From Candidatus Omnitrophota bacterium (GTDB lineage: Bacteria > Omnitrophota > Gorgyraeia > Pluralincolimonadales > Pluralincolimonadaceae): DNA of 64,000 nucleotides. Positions 31,463 through 41,465 of this stretch are shown one piece after another. Both the position numbers and the translations under genes were made by a program. The notes below the pieces were generated by a model. The model made no database searches and had not been told where the DNA came from. It saw nothing but the letters and a program-made list of their open reading frames with translations. Where the stretch lies: NCBI GenBank assembly GCA_003141835.1, contig PLNR01000005.1, forward strand, positions 190,289 through 254,288, read 5' to 3'. Positions within the stretch are counted from its first letter, which is position 1. Each line of letters begins with the position of its first letter.

Positions 31463-32243
31463 AAGCGGGTTGGCCGTCGCGTTGTTAACTGCGTTCCTGT
31501 TCACAGGATGTGAGAGCAAACAGGCGAAGGCGCCGGCCCCGTCCCAGGCCGACCTGGAGGCGAACCTCTCCGGCGACCAGAAGATGATGGCCTTCTCGCT
31601 CTCCGGTTTCGAGAAGACAGGCAAGAAGAAGTGGGAGGTCCAGGGCAAATCTGCGGATATCGTCTCCGAGGTGGTCAACCTCACCGATGTAGTCGCGAAA
31701 GCCTACGGCGACCAGACCGACATGACGCTTACGGCCGACAAGGGCTCATTCAACAGGGCGACCAACGACGCGCATTTCGAGTCGAACGTAGTAGTCAGCG
31801 GCACGAACGGCACGGAGATGAAGACGGACGCCCTGGATTGGAAGAACACCGACCAGAAGGTCACCACCGATAAGCCGGTCGTGATGAAATCCGACGCGAA
31901 GGGCAAGGGAAGCGCCGAGCTTGCGACCAAGACGCCCACGACGATAACCTGCGACGGGCCGATGGAGATAGATTACGGCAAGAGCTATGCCGTCTTTAAC
32001 AAGAACGTCAAGGTCGACGATGACCGCGGGCAGCTGTTTTGCGACATGGCAACCGCTTATTACGATACCAAGACGAAGCAGGTCTCAAGGATAGTAGCTA
32101 AGGGCAACGTGAAGATAATGCGGGAAGGCAGCTGGACGTACAGCGACGAGGCGACATACCTCGCGCCTGAGCAGAAGGTCATCCTCACGGGTTCTCCGAA
32201 AGTGATGATCTATCCCGATCAGAAGAAGGCCGCGCAAAAATAA
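31449..32243 (+). CDS. LptC/LptA-family (OstA-like) periplasmic LPS-transport lipoprotein
   Basis: Lipobox LFTGC, beta-jellyroll-like repeats (...GNVKIMREG...LTGSPKV), located immediately upstream of lptB. Confidence 0.6.
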   Translation: MKITRSGLAVALLTAFLFTGCESKQAKAPAPSQADLEANLSGDQKMMAFSLSGFEKTGKKKWEVQGKSADIVSEVVNLTDVVAKAYGDQTDMTLTADKGSFNRATNDAHFESNVVVSGTNGTEMKTDALDWKNTDQKVTTDKPVVMKSDAKGKGSAELATKTPTTITCDGPMEIDYGKSYAVFNKNVKVDDDRGQLFCDMATAYYDTKTKQVSRIVAKGNVKIMREGSWTYSDEATYLAPEQKVILTGSPKVMIYPDQKKAAQK

Positions 32244-32258
32244 GGATCTACTGAGGTA

Positions 32259-32981
32259 ATGCACCTCCTCGAAACGAAGGGCTTACAAAAGACGTATAAC
32301 CGCCGCCGCGTAGTCAACGGTGTCGACATATCGGTCAAACGCGGCGAGATCGTGGGCCTGCTCGGGCCTAACGGCGCCGGGAAGACGACGTCCTTTTATA
32401 TGATAGTCGGCCTGGTCGAGCCGGATAAGGGCCAGATATTCTTTGATAACCAGGACATAACCGGCCTGCCGATGCACAGGCGCGCCCGCTGCGGCATAGG
32501 ATACCTCGCGCAGGAGCCGTCGATATTCAGGAAGCTTACCGTCGAGGAGAATATCATGGCCATCCTCGAGACGCTCAAGATATCCAAGAAGGAACGCCGT
32601 AAGAGGCTCGAGATGCTTTTGGGCGAATTGAGGATATCGCACCTGGCCAAGAACTACGCTTATACATTGTCGGGCGGCGAACGCAGGCGCCTGGAGATTA
32701 CGCGCGCGCTCGTGACCGAGCCCACTTTTATTTTGTTGGATGAGCCGTTCTCGGGCATAGACCCGATAGCGGTGGCTGAGTGCCAGGAGATAATCTGTTC
32801 GCTGAGGGAAAAAGGGCTCGGCATACTTTTGACCGACCATAATGTGCGCGAGACCCTTTCCATAACAGACAGGTCGTATATAATGTCCGACGGAAAGGTC
32901 CTTATATCCGGCACCGCGGAAGAACTCATATCCGATCCGAAGGCAAGGCAGATCTATCTGGGCGAAAAGTTTAGGATGTGA
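32259..32981 (+). CDS. lptB: LPS export ABC transporter ATP-binding protein
   Basis: Walker [21 protein letters not shown] signature, Walker B ILLDEP; 240 aa as in LptB. Confidence 0.9.
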   Translation: MHLLETKGLQKTYNRRRVVNGVDISVKRGEIVGLLGPNGAGKTTSFYMIVGLVEPDKGQIFFDNQDITGLPMHRRARCGIGYLAQEPSIFRKLTVEENIMAILETLKISKKERRKRLEMLLGELRISHLAKNYAYTLSGGERRRLEITRALVTEPTFILLDEPFSGIDPIAVAECQEIICSLREKGLGILLTDHNVRETLSITDRSYIMSDGKVLISGTAEELISDPKARQIYLGEKFRM

Positions 32982-32998
32982 GCAACGAAGTTGCTCAC
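32978..32998 (+). terminator. Perfect 9-bp stem / GAA-loop hairpin overlapping the lptB stop (no U-tract); a second hairpin lies at 33027-33043
   Basis: gtgagcaac-gaa-gttgctcac; atcgac-ttt-gtcgat. Confidence 0.35.
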
Positions 32999-33057
32999 CC
33001 TAAGAATGTTTCAGGAAGAAGAGGGTGATCGACTTTGTCGATTAATAAGGAGGCAAC

Positions 33058-33615
33058 ATGAACGTAGTCATCACAGGCAGGCATTTTGACGTCACCGAAG
33101 GAATGAAGGCCCACGTAAACGACAAGATAACGAAGCTGGACAAGTTCTCCCAGAAGATAGTCGAGGCGCACGTCATACTCGAGGTCGAGAAATTCCGCCA
33201 CATAGCCGAGATCACCGTCATCGGAAAACAATTCAAACTGACCGCCACCGATACGACCTCGGACATGTATGCCTCCATGGACGGGGCGATCGCCTCCCTT
33301 GAGAAACAATTAAGGAAATTGCACGACAGGGTCAAGGAACACAGGGTAAAGGGCTCGGCGGGCAGGATACAGGAACTCGCCGTAAGGTCGATATCGGCCA
33401 TCAAGGGCGTATTCAGGCCGGCCAGGGAGAGCTCTGCGGGCCCCAGGATAGTCGAGACCCAGCGCGTCGCCGAGAAACCGATGTCGGTCGAGGAGGCCGT
33501 GGAGGAGCTGAAGATATCGAACAGCGAGTTCATCGTCTTCAGGAACGCGGACGACAACAAGGTGGAAGTAATATATAAGAGAAAGGACGGAGACTTCGGC
33601 CTGATTAAGACCTGA
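33058..33615 (+). CDS. hpf: Ribosome hibernation promoting factor (long form)
   Basis: MNVVITGRHFDVTEGMKAHV... sigma-54 modulation / S30AE family plus C-terminal extension. Confidence 0.9.
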   Translation: MNVVITGRHFDVTEGMKAHVNDKITKLDKFSQKIVEAHVILEVEKFRHIAEITVIGKQFKLTATDTTSDMYASMDGAIASLEKQLRKLHDRVKEHRVKGSAGRIQELAVRSISAIKGVFRPARESSAGPRIVETQRVAEKPMSVEEAVEELKISNSEFIVFRNADDNKVEVIYKRKDGDFGLIKT

Positions 33616-33616
33616 A

Positions 33617-34900
33617 GTGATCATTATGAAAGTAAAAAGTAAAGACCTTGAAGGTTCACGCAGGGGTTTCGAGATAGAGGTCCCGGCGGATGATATAAAG
33701 AAGAAATACGACGAGATCTACGTCGAGATGGAGAAATACGCAGAGGTGCCGGGATACAGGATCGGCAAGGCTCCCCGCTATCTCATCGAGACCCATTATA
33801 AGGATAAGGCCGGCGAAGAAGTGAAGAAGCGCCTCATCGGCGAGTCTGTGATGAAAGCGGTAAAAGACGGCGGCATCGATATGATCGGCATGCCGTCGGT
33901 CACGGAGATCATTTTCGAGGAGGACAAGCCGCTCTCGTTCAAGGCCGAGGTCCATGTGCGCCCCGACGTTAAATTGAAGAATTACAAAGGCCTTAAGGCG
34001 GCCAGGCAGAAAGCCCAGGTAGCTACCGAAGATGTCGATAAGGTCATAGAGGACCTGCAAGAGAGGCATTCCCAGCTTAAAGATGTCGAGGGACGCCCGG
34101 CGAAAGATAATGACTGGTGCCTTTGCGATGTCGAGATATCGGTTGAGGGCAAACCCGGCGAGAAGAACGAGAACGTCTGGTTCCCGCTTAATCCTAAATC
34201 CACGAAACCCGAATTCATGAGCCAGCTTTTGGGCACGGTCCCCGGCGACACGAGGACGGTCAAGACGATAATGCCGCTCAATTACCCGCGCAAGGAACAG
34301 GCCGGGAAAGAGGCGGTCTTCATAATAACGGTCACCGGGGTCAAGGAGAAGATAGCGCCGGCGATCGACGACGAGTTCGCCAAGGACGTCGGCGGGTTCA
34401 AATCCCTCCTCGAGCTGCGCGGGAATATCCGCGAAGAGCTCACGAAGGCGAAGGAGCAGGAGTCGAGGTTCAAGATGGAAGAGGAGCTCGTGGGCCAGCT
34501 CATCAAATCCTCGAATTTCGAGGTCCCTTCGATGATGGTCGACGCCGAGGCCGAGCACCTGCTGAAAGACGCGCAGGACAGGCTCGAGTATATGGGATAC
34601 AAGAAAGAGGATATCGCAAAGGAAGAGGCCTCGATGAAACAGAAGTTCCGGGACGAGGCGGTCAGGCGCGTGAAATCGTATTTTATCCTCGATAAGGTGG
34701 CAGAACTCGAGAACCTGGCCGCGGGCGAAGAGGATATCAACAAGCGCGTCGAGCTTCTCGCCGCGCGCGCCAAGAAGACCACGGAAGACGCAAAAAAATA
34801 TCTCGAGGAGAATAACCTGATGGAAGACATCAGGGCGGAGATATCGCAGGACAAGGCGATGGAGTTCCTGATCGAGAACGCGAAAATAGAGGAGGTCTAA
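33617..34900 (+). CDS. tig: Trigger factor
   Basis: N-terminal ribosome-binding domain, PPIase middle domain, C-terminal arms; 427 aa (true start may be the MKVKSK at 33626). Confidence 0.9.
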   Translation: MIIMKVKSKDLEGSRRGFEIEVPADDIKKKYDEIYVEMEKYAEVPGYRIGKAPRYLIETHYKDKAGEEVKKRLIGESVMKAVKDGGIDMIGMPSVTEIIFEEDKPLSFKAEVHVRPDVKLKNYKGLKAARQKAQVATEDVDKVIEDLQERHSQLKDVEGRPAKDNDWCLCDVEISVEGKPGEKNENVWFPLNPKSTKPEFMSQLLGTVPGDTRTVKTIMPLNYPRKEQAGKEAVFIITVTGVKEKIAPAIDDEFAKDVGGFKSLLELRGNIREELTKAKEQESRFKMEEELVGQLIKSSNFEVPSMMVDAEAEHLLKDAQDRLEYMGYKKEDIAKEEASMKQKFRDEAVRRVKSYFILDKVAELENLAAGEEDINKRVELLAARAKKTTEDAKKYLEENNLMEDIRAEISQDKAMEFLIENAKIEEV

Positions 34901-34901
34901 A

Positions 34902-35510
34902 ATGGGAGACAGAGAACGGTCTCAAATGCTCGTTCCCATGGTAGTCGAGCAGTCAGGGCGCGGAGAGCGCGCGTATGACATCTATTCGAGGCTCCTTGTT
35001 GACAGGATAATCTTTATCGGCACACCTATAGACGATGTCGTTGCCAACCTTGTCATAGCCCAGCTGCTGTTCTTGCAGATGCAAGATCCCGATAAGGACA
35101 TCAGCATGTACATTAATACTCCGGGCGGTGTCGTGACCTCCGGGCTTGCGGTCTATGATACGATGCAGTTCCTGAAACCCGATGTCTGCACCTATTGCAT
35201 GGGGCAGGCGACATCGATGGGTGCCATACTGTTGGCCGCCGGGACGAAGGGCAAGAGGTTCGCCCTCCCGAACGCGCGCATAATGATGCACCAGCCATGG
35301 GGCGGAACGCAGGGCGCGGCCGCGGATATAAGCATCCAGGCGAAAGAGATATTGAGGATGCGCGACAAGATAGAAGAGATACTCGCCAAGCATACGGGCC
35401 AGTCGCTCGATAAGATAAAGAAAGACACGGACAGGGATTATTTCCTGAGCGCCGAAGAGGCGAAGGAGTACGGCCTGGTCGATGAAGTCATAAAAGGCAA
35501 GAAAAAATAA
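34902..35510 (+). CDS. clpP: ATP-dependent Clp protease proteolytic subunit
   Basis: ...[12 protein letters not shown]...[14 protein letters not shown]...MMHQP, Ser-His-Asp triad context. Confidence 0.95.
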   Translation: MGDRERSQMLVPMVVEQSGRGERAYDIYSRLLVDRIIFIGTPIDDVVANLVIAQLLFLQMQDPDKDISMYINTPGGVVTSGLAVYDTMQFLKPDVCTYCMGQATSMGAILLAAGTKGKRFALPNARIMMHQPWGGTQGAAADISIQAKEILRMRDKIEEILAKHTGQSLDKIKKDTDRDYFLSAEEAKEYGLVDEVIKGKKK

Positions 35511-35532
35511 TTTTATCCCCGGTCCATAGAAT

Positions 35533-37938
35533 ATGAAAAAAGAACACCAGATAAAAGAATCATTGCCGCTTTTGCCGTTAAGGGACATGGTCGTATTCCC
35601 CTTCATGGTCGTGCCCCTCGTGGTCGGGCGCGAGAAGTCGATCGCCGCGGTCGAGGAGGCCTTGTCCAAGGATAAGACCATCCTCCTTTGCGCGCAGAAA
35701 TCGGTGAAGGTCGAAGAGCCTTCACTCGACGACGTCTACCAGCTCGGCACCGTGGGCCAGATAATACAGTCGGTAAAACTGCCGGACGGCTCGTATAAAT
35801 TGCTGGTTGAAGGGATCTACCGCGCGAGGATAAAGAAGCTCCTGCCGGTAAAAGAATATATTAACGCCGAGATCGAATACGCCTCAGTGCCGGCCGAGAA
35901 GACGATGGAGGTCGAGGCGCAGATGCGCTCGCTGGTCAACCAGTTCGAGGAGTATGTCAAACTGAACCAGCGCGTACCTACCGAGGCGTTCGCGACTATA
36001 GCCAACATCCCGGACCCGGACCAGATGGCCGATACGGCCGCATCGTTCCTTACGATGAGGGTAGCCGAGAGGCAGGCGATACTGGAGATCGTAGACCCGG
36101 TCGAAAGGATAAAGAAACTCACCGAAGTCCTCAATTCCGAGATCGGCATCCTTCAGATAGAGAAGAAGATATCATCCACCGTCAGGAAACAGATCGAGAA
36201 GGCGCAGAAGGAATATTTCCTGCAAGAACAGCTCAAGGCCATCGAGAAAGAACTCGGCCAGAAAGACGACTACAAGAACGAGCTCGACGACCTCAAGGAG
36301 AAGATAAAACAGGCGAAGATGCCGAAGGAAGCGCAGGAGATCGCGATGCGCGAGGTCGAGAAGCTCTCGAGGATGTATCCGACCTCTCCCGAGGCGACTG
36401 TTTCGCGTAATTACATCGACTGGCTGGTCGCGCTCCCTTGGTCGGTCAGGACCGATGACAACCTCGATATAAAGAACGCCGAGAAGATATTGAACGAGGA
36501 CCATTACGGCCTCGAGAAGCCCAAGGACAGGATCCTCGAATACCTCGCCGTCCGCAAGCTGGTAAAATCGATGAAGGGCCAGATACTCTGCTTTGTCGGG
36601 CCGCCGGGCGTAGGCAAGACCTCGCTGGCGAAGTCCATCGCGCGGGCGCTCGGCCGCAATTTCGTCCGCGTCTCTCTCGGAGGCGTGCGCGATGAGGCCG
36701 AGATACGCGGCCACCGCAGGACATATATCGGCTCGCTCCCGGGCCGCGTCATACAATCCATAAGGAAAGCGAAATCGAAGAACCCGGTCTTCCTGTTCGA
36801 TGAGGTCGATAAGATGTCCACGGATTTCAGGGGCGACCCGGCATCCGCTTTGCTCGAGGTCCTCGATCCGGAGCAGAACTCGACCTTCTCTGACCATTAC
36901 CTGGAAGTGGAGTTCGACCTCTCGGACGTGATGTTCATCACGACCGCGAATTTCCAGGACAACATACCCCCCGCGCTGCAGGACAGGATGGAGATGATAA
37001 AACTTTCGGGGTATACCGAATACGAGAAGGTGAAGATCGCGCAGGGGTTCCTTATCCCCAAACAGATAAAGCTGCACGGGCTCAAGGAAGAATACATAAA
37101 ATTCACCGCGGACGCCATATTAAGGATAGTGCGCAGGTATACGCGCGAGGCCGGCGTACGCAACCTCGAACGCGAGATAGCGCGCGTCTGCAGGCGGATA
37201 GCCAAGGACGTCGTAAAGAAAGAGAAGGACCTCAAGCTCCGTCTTTCGGGACGCCGCATTGAAAAATACCTGGGACCGGTCCAGTTCACCGAGCCGAAGA
37301 AGGAAGAAAAGAACGAGATCGGGGTCGCGACAGGCCTTGCCTGGACCGAGGCGGGCGGCGATATCATCTCCATAGAAACTACCCTCATGACCGGGAAGGG
37401 AAAATTGACCCTGACCGGAAAGCTCGGGGAGGTCATGCAGGAATCGGCGCAGGCGGCGTTAAGCTTTATCCGCTCGCGCGCAAAGGAATTCGGCATCGAT
37501 GACAATTTTTACAAGAAACTCGATATCCATATACACGTGCCGGAGGGCGCGATACCCAAAGACGGCCCGTCGGCAGGTATCACGATAGCGACCGCGCTCA
37601 TCTCAAGTTTGACGAAGTGCCCGGTCAAGAAAGACGTCGCGATGACAGGCGAGATAACGCTCCGCGGGAAAGTCCTGCCGATAGGCGGGCTCAAGTCGAA
37701 GATGCTCGCCGCGCATATGGTCGGGATAAAGACGGTCATAATACCGAAAGAGAATGAAAAGGACCTCGTAGAGATACCTAAAAATATATTGAAGGACCTG
37801 AAAGTGGTGCCTGTCGAGTATATGGACCAGGTTTTGGAGATAGCGCTCGAGAGGAGATGCAGGAAAGCGCCGAAGGCTGCGCCTAAGAAGGCGGTTTTTA
37901 AGCCAACGGTATATCAGCGGTTACCTATACAAACCTAG
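35533..37938 (+). CDS. lon: Lon protease
   Basis: LON N-domain, AAA+ GPPGVGKTS Walker A, C-terminal [10 protein letters not shown] catalytic Ser. Confidence 0.95.
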   Translation: MKKEHQIKESLPLLPLRDMVVFPFMVVPLVVGREKSIAAVEEALSKDKTILLCAQKSVKVEEPSLDDVYQLGTVGQIIQSVKLPDGSYKLLVEGIYRARIKKLLPVKEYINAEIEYASVPAEKTMEVEAQMRSLVNQFEEYVKLNQRVPTEAFATIANIPDPDQMADTAASFLTMRVAERQAILEIVDPVERIKKLTEVLNSEIGILQIEKKISSTVRKQIEKAQKEYFLQEQLKAIEKELGQKDDYKNELDDLKEKIKQAKMPKEAQEIAMREVEKLSRMYPTSPEATVSRNYIDWLVALPWSVRTDDNLDIKNAEKILNEDHYGLEKPKDRILEYLAVRKLVKSMKGQILCFVGPPGVGKTSLAKSIARALGRNFVRVSLGGVRDEAEIRGHRRTYIGSLPGRVIQSIRKAKSKNPVFLFDEVDKMSTDFRGDPASALLEVLDPEQNSTFSDHYLEVEFDLSDVMFITTANFQDNIPPALQDRMEMIKLSGYTEYEKVKIAQGFLIPKQIKLHGLKEEYIKFTADAILRIVRRYTREAGVRNLEREIARVCRRIAKDVVKKEKDLKLRLSGRRIEKYLGPVQFTEPKKEEKNEIGVATGLAWTEAGGDIISIETTLMTGKGKLTLTGKLGEVMQESAQAALSFIRSRAKEFGIDDNFYKKLDIHIHVPEGAIPKDGPSAGITIATALISSLTKCPVKKDVAMTGEITLRGKVLPIGGLKSKMLAAHMVGIKTVIIPKENEKDLVEIPKNILKDLKVVPVEYMDQVLEIALERRCRKAPKAAPKKAVFKPTVYQRLPIQT

Positions 37939-37949
37939 GAGGGCAAGGA

Positions 37950-39116
37950 ATGAAGAAGAATTATCTTATGACGCCGGGACCGACACCTGTCCCGCCGCAG
38001 GCGTTGCTCGCGATGGCCGAACCGATAATCCACCACAGGACCCCGGAGTTCATGGAGATATTCAAGGAAGTCTGTGACCTTTTAAAATACGTATTCCAGA
38101 CCGGCAACGACGTCATAACGTTCACCTCCTCGGGCACCGGCGCCATGGAAGCGGCCGTCGCCAACCTGCTTTCGCCCGGCGACAAGGCAATATGCGTGCA
38201 AGGCGGTAAATTCGGCGAGAGATGGACCGAGCTGTGCAAGGCATACGGCATTACTCCTATAATAATAAACGTAGAATGGGGAAAAGCGGTCGACCCGAAG
38301 GCCATCGAGGCGGAATTGAATAAGGACGCAAGCATACAGGCCGTATTCACGACCCTTTGCGAGACTTCGACCGGCGTGCTGACTGACATAAAAGCGATCG
38401 CGCAGGTGACAAAAAGCCATAACGCGGTCCTCGCGGTCGACGCGATATCCGGCCTCGGGGCCGAAGATATAAAGACCGACGAATGGGGCATAGACGTCGT
38501 GATCTCCGGTTCGCAGAAGGGATTGATGATCCCGCCGGGGCTGGCATTCATTGCCTTAAGCAAGAAGGCCTGGGAGAAGGTCGAGAAATCGAAGTGCCCG
38601 AGATATTACCTGAGCCTTAAGAAAGCGAAGAAAGCCATCGAGGCAACGGATACTCCTTTCACCCCGGCTATATCGCTGGTCATCGCGCTGCGCGAGACGT
38701 TGAGGATGATGAAGAAGGAAGGCCTTGACGTAATATTCAACCGCCACAAGATACTGGCCCTTGCGACCCGCGAGGCGATGGAGGCGATGGGATTGAAATT
38801 ATTCGCCCCGACCGCCCCATCAAACGGCGTGACGGCCGTGCGCTTACCCGAAGGCATAGACGGCGAGAAACTCGTAAAACATATGAGGGATAAATACGGC
38901 GTGGGAATAGCCGGCGGCCAGGCCGAGCTCAAGGGCAAGGTCATCCGCATCGCGCATATGGGTTATATAACGGATACGGATATACTCATGACGATCGCCG
39001 TGCTCGGCATGGCGCTCGCCGAGATGGGATTCAGGGGCGAACCCGGTGTCGGGGTCGAGGCCGCCGAAGAAGTATTACTCGAAGGCCGGGACAGGGGACC
39101 GGTCGAAGCGGCATAG
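37950..39116 (+). CDS. Class V aminotransferase (AGXT / phosphoserine aminotransferase-like), probably the serine-pathway aminotransferase partner of serA
   Basis: MTPGPTPVPPQAL...SGTGAMEA...SGSQKGLM with PLP-lysine context; adjacent to serA. Confidence 0.7.
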   Translation: MKKNYLMTPGPTPVPPQALLAMAEPIIHHRTPEFMEIFKEVCDLLKYVFQTGNDVITFTSSGTGAMEAAVANLLSPGDKAICVQGGKFGERWTELCKAYGITPIIINVEWGKAVDPKAIEAELNKDASIQAVFTTLCETSTGVLTDIKAIAQVTKSHNAVLAVDAISGLGAEDIKTDEWGIDVVISGSQKGLMIPPGLAFIALSKKAWEKVEKSKCPRYYLSLKKAKKAIEATDTPFTPAISLVIALRETLRMMKKEGLDVIFNRHKILALATREAMEAMGLKLFAPTAPSNGVTAVRLPEGIDGEKLVKHMRDKYGVGIAGGQAELKGKVIRIAHMGYITDTDILMTIAVLGMALAEMGFRGEPGVGVEAAEEVLLEGRDRGPVEAA

Positions 39117-39157
39117 GGGACGTCCCATTTGGGGACACCCTACAAGGAGAGTTTCAG

Positions 39158-39865
39158 GTGTCGAGTGAGATGATGGTGTTAGCCGCCACGGCGGCGTCAC
39201 TGGGTTTCTTTCACACGATAGCGGGCCCGGACCATTATGTCCCGTTCATAATGATCGCGCGCGCCCGGAGATGGTCTTTGTTAAAGACGGCCGCAGTCAC
39301 TTTTTTCTGCGGTATCGGCCATATATTGAGCGCGCTGGTCCTGGGCGTAATAGGCCTGGCGTTAGGCTTCGCGGTCTCCCGGATAAAAGCGTTTGATTCT
39401 TTGAGGGATAACCTGGCCGCGTGGTTTTTCATCGCCTTCGGGATCATTTATTTCACCTGGGGGTTGAGGCAGGCGGTCAGGAACAAGCCGCACGCGCATT
39501 TCCATCACCACGGCAATGAGGATGGGCACGCGCACGGCCATACGCATAACGACGGACATCTCCATGTGCATGATCATGGCAGCGAGGCGAACATAACGCC
39601 GTGGGTGCTCTTTGCGATATTCGTGTTCGGGCCGTGTGAAGTGCTTGTGCCTTTGGTGATGTACCCGGCGGCGAAGCACAACCTGATAGGCGCGATGTGG
39701 GTTACCATCGTCTTCGGCGCGGTAACGATCTTGACGATGATAAGTATCGTGACCTTATCGGCGGCCGGCCTTGAGCTGGTCCCGATGGGAAGGCTTGAAC
39801 GTTATACTCATGCTTTAGCAGGGTTGGCGATAGTCATCTGCGGTGCCCTTATTATGATCATTTAA
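39158..39865 (+). CDS. HupE/UreJ-like (or RcnA-like) metal transporter with His-rich loop
   Basis: 6 predicted TM, HTIAGPDH motif (HxxxGxDH) and loop HAHFHHHGNEDGHAHGHTHNDGHLHVHDHG. Confidence 0.5.
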   Translation: MSSEMMVLAATAASLGFFHTIAGPDHYVPFIMIARARRWSLLKTAAVTFFCGIGHILSALVLGVIGLALGFAVSRIKAFDSLRDNLAAWFFIAFGIIYFTWGLRQAVRNKPHAHFHHHGNEDGHAHGHTHNDGHLHVHDHGSEANITPWVLFAIFVFGPCEVLVPLVMYPAAKHNLIGAMWVTIVFGAVTILTMISIVTLSAAGLELVPMGRLERYTHALAGLAIVICGALIMII

Positions 39866-39880
39866 TAGGAGAGGACGAAA

Positions 39881-41464
39881 ATGTACAAGGTGCTCGTAAG
39901 CGACGCGCTGTCCGAAGAAGGATTAAAAGTACTAAGGGACGAAAAGGAACTCCAGGTGGACGTGAAGTTGAAGCTTGCCCCGGAGGAGTTGAAGGCGATC
40001 ATAAAGGATTATGACGCCCTCGTCGTCCGCAGCAGCACGAAGGTGAACAAGGATATCATCGAAGCCGCGACGAAACTCAAGGTCATCGGGCGCGCCGGCG
40101 TCGGCCTGGATAACGTCGACGCGGACGCCGCCTCGAAACGCGGCATCATCGTGATGAATACGCCCGCCGGCAACACGATATCCACCTGCGAGCATACATG
40201 GTCCTTGATGCTCTCGATGTCGCGCAATGTCCCGAACGCGAACGCCTCGCTAAAAGAAGGCAAATGGGACAGGAATAAATATATGGGCGTCGAGCTCTAC
40301 GGCAAAACTCTCGGCATCATAGGCTTAGGCCGCATAGGCACAGAGGTCGCCAAAAGGGCCATGGCTTTTGGCATGAGGGTCATCGCCTTCGACCCGTACC
40401 TCACGGTCGAGAGGGCCAATGACCTCGGCGTCGAACTCGTCGAAGTCAAAGACATAATACGCGAATCCGATTATATAACCGTCCATACCCCGATAACAAA
40501 TGAAACAAAACATCTCATCGGGGAAAAGGAATTCGACCAGATGAAGAAAGGCGTCCGCCTCATCAACTGCGCGCGCGGCGGCATCATCGACGAGAAGGCG
40601 CTCATCAAGGCCCTCGAGTCGGGCAAGGTCGCGGGCGCGGCCCTCGACGTCTACGAGGAGGAACCGCCGAAAGATTTCACGATGTTCAAGAACGAAAAGC
40701 TTGTGGCAACACCCCACCTTGGCGCGTCCACCGAGGAGGCGCAGGTCAACGTCGCAATAGAAGTCGCCAAACAGGTCGCCGACGCTTTGCTCGGCCGCGG
40801 CTGCAGGAACGCCGTGAATGTCCCGTGCGTCGACCCGGAGATATACAAGGTCATTCGCCCGTACATTACCCTCGCCGAGAAGATGGGACTTGTGGTCGGA
40901 CAGTTGGCCGATGCGAGGATAGCGGAAGTGAAGGTCCAGTATTCGGGCGATATCATCGAGCATGATCTCGCGTCGGTGACAATCGCCTTCCTGAAAGGGC
41001 TGTTGACGCCCATACTCCAGGAGACGGTCAATTTCGTAAATGCTTCGTTCATTGCCAAGGAACGCGGGATAAAGATCGTCGAGACGAAGACCTCGCAGGC
41101 CGAGGAGTTCGCAAACCTCATAATCGTCGAGGCGCAGACCGACAAGGGCAAGGTCGTGGTTGCCGGCACGCTCTCCCCGAGGAAGAACCCGCGCATAGTC
41201 AAGATAAACGATTTCTACGTAGAGGCCTCGACTACCGGGTATCTTTTGATACTCTCGAACGAGGACAAGCCCGGCATCGTCGGCCAGATAGGGACCGTGC
41301 TCGGCCAGCACAAGATCAATATCGCAGGCATGACGCTCGGCAGGACGAAGGTCGGCGGCCACGCGATGACGGTACTGAACCTCGATGAGGAAGTCCCGGA
41401 ACCGGTCATGAAAGAGATACGTTCGGCGAAACATGTGCTGGACGCCAAACTGATAAAATTCTAA
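39881..41464 (+). CDS. serA: D-3-phosphoglycerate dehydrogenase with C-terminal ACT domain
   Basis: 2-hydroxyacid dehydrogenase NAD motif GIIGLGRIGTEVA, catalytic His, 527 aa with ASB/ACT tail. Confidence 0.9.
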   Translation: MYKVLVSDALSEEGLKVLRDEKELQVDVKLKLAPEELKAIIKDYDALVVRSSTKVNKDIIEAATKLKVIGRAGVGLDNVDADAASKRGIIVMNTPAGNTISTCEHTWSLMLSMSRNVPNANASLKEGKWDRNKYMGVELYGKTLGIIGLGRIGTEVAKRAMAFGMRVIAFDPYLTVERANDLGVELVEVKDIIRESDYITVHTPITNETKHLIGEKEFDQMKKGVRLINCARGGIIDEKALIKALESGKVAGAALDVYEEEPPKDFTMFKNEKLVATPHLGASTEEAQVNVAIEVAKQVADALLGRGCRNAVNVPCVDPEIYKVIRPYITLAEKMGLVVGQLADARIAEVKVQYSGDIIEHDLASVTIAFLKGLLTPILQETVNFVNASFIAKERGIKIVETKTSQAEEFANLIIVEAQTDKGKVVVAGTLSPRKNPRIVKINDFYVEASTTGYLLILSNEDKPGIVGQIGTVLGQHKINIAGMTLGRTKVGGHAMTVLNLDEEVPEPVMKEIRSAKHVLDAKLIKF

Positions 41465-41465
41465 T

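Noticed and set aside
32982-33057. Sigma-54 promoter or remnant rpoN gene in the lptB-hpf spacer
   Set aside because: Only 76 bp, with no TGGCAC-N5-TTGC element and no ORF. Just two short hairpins.
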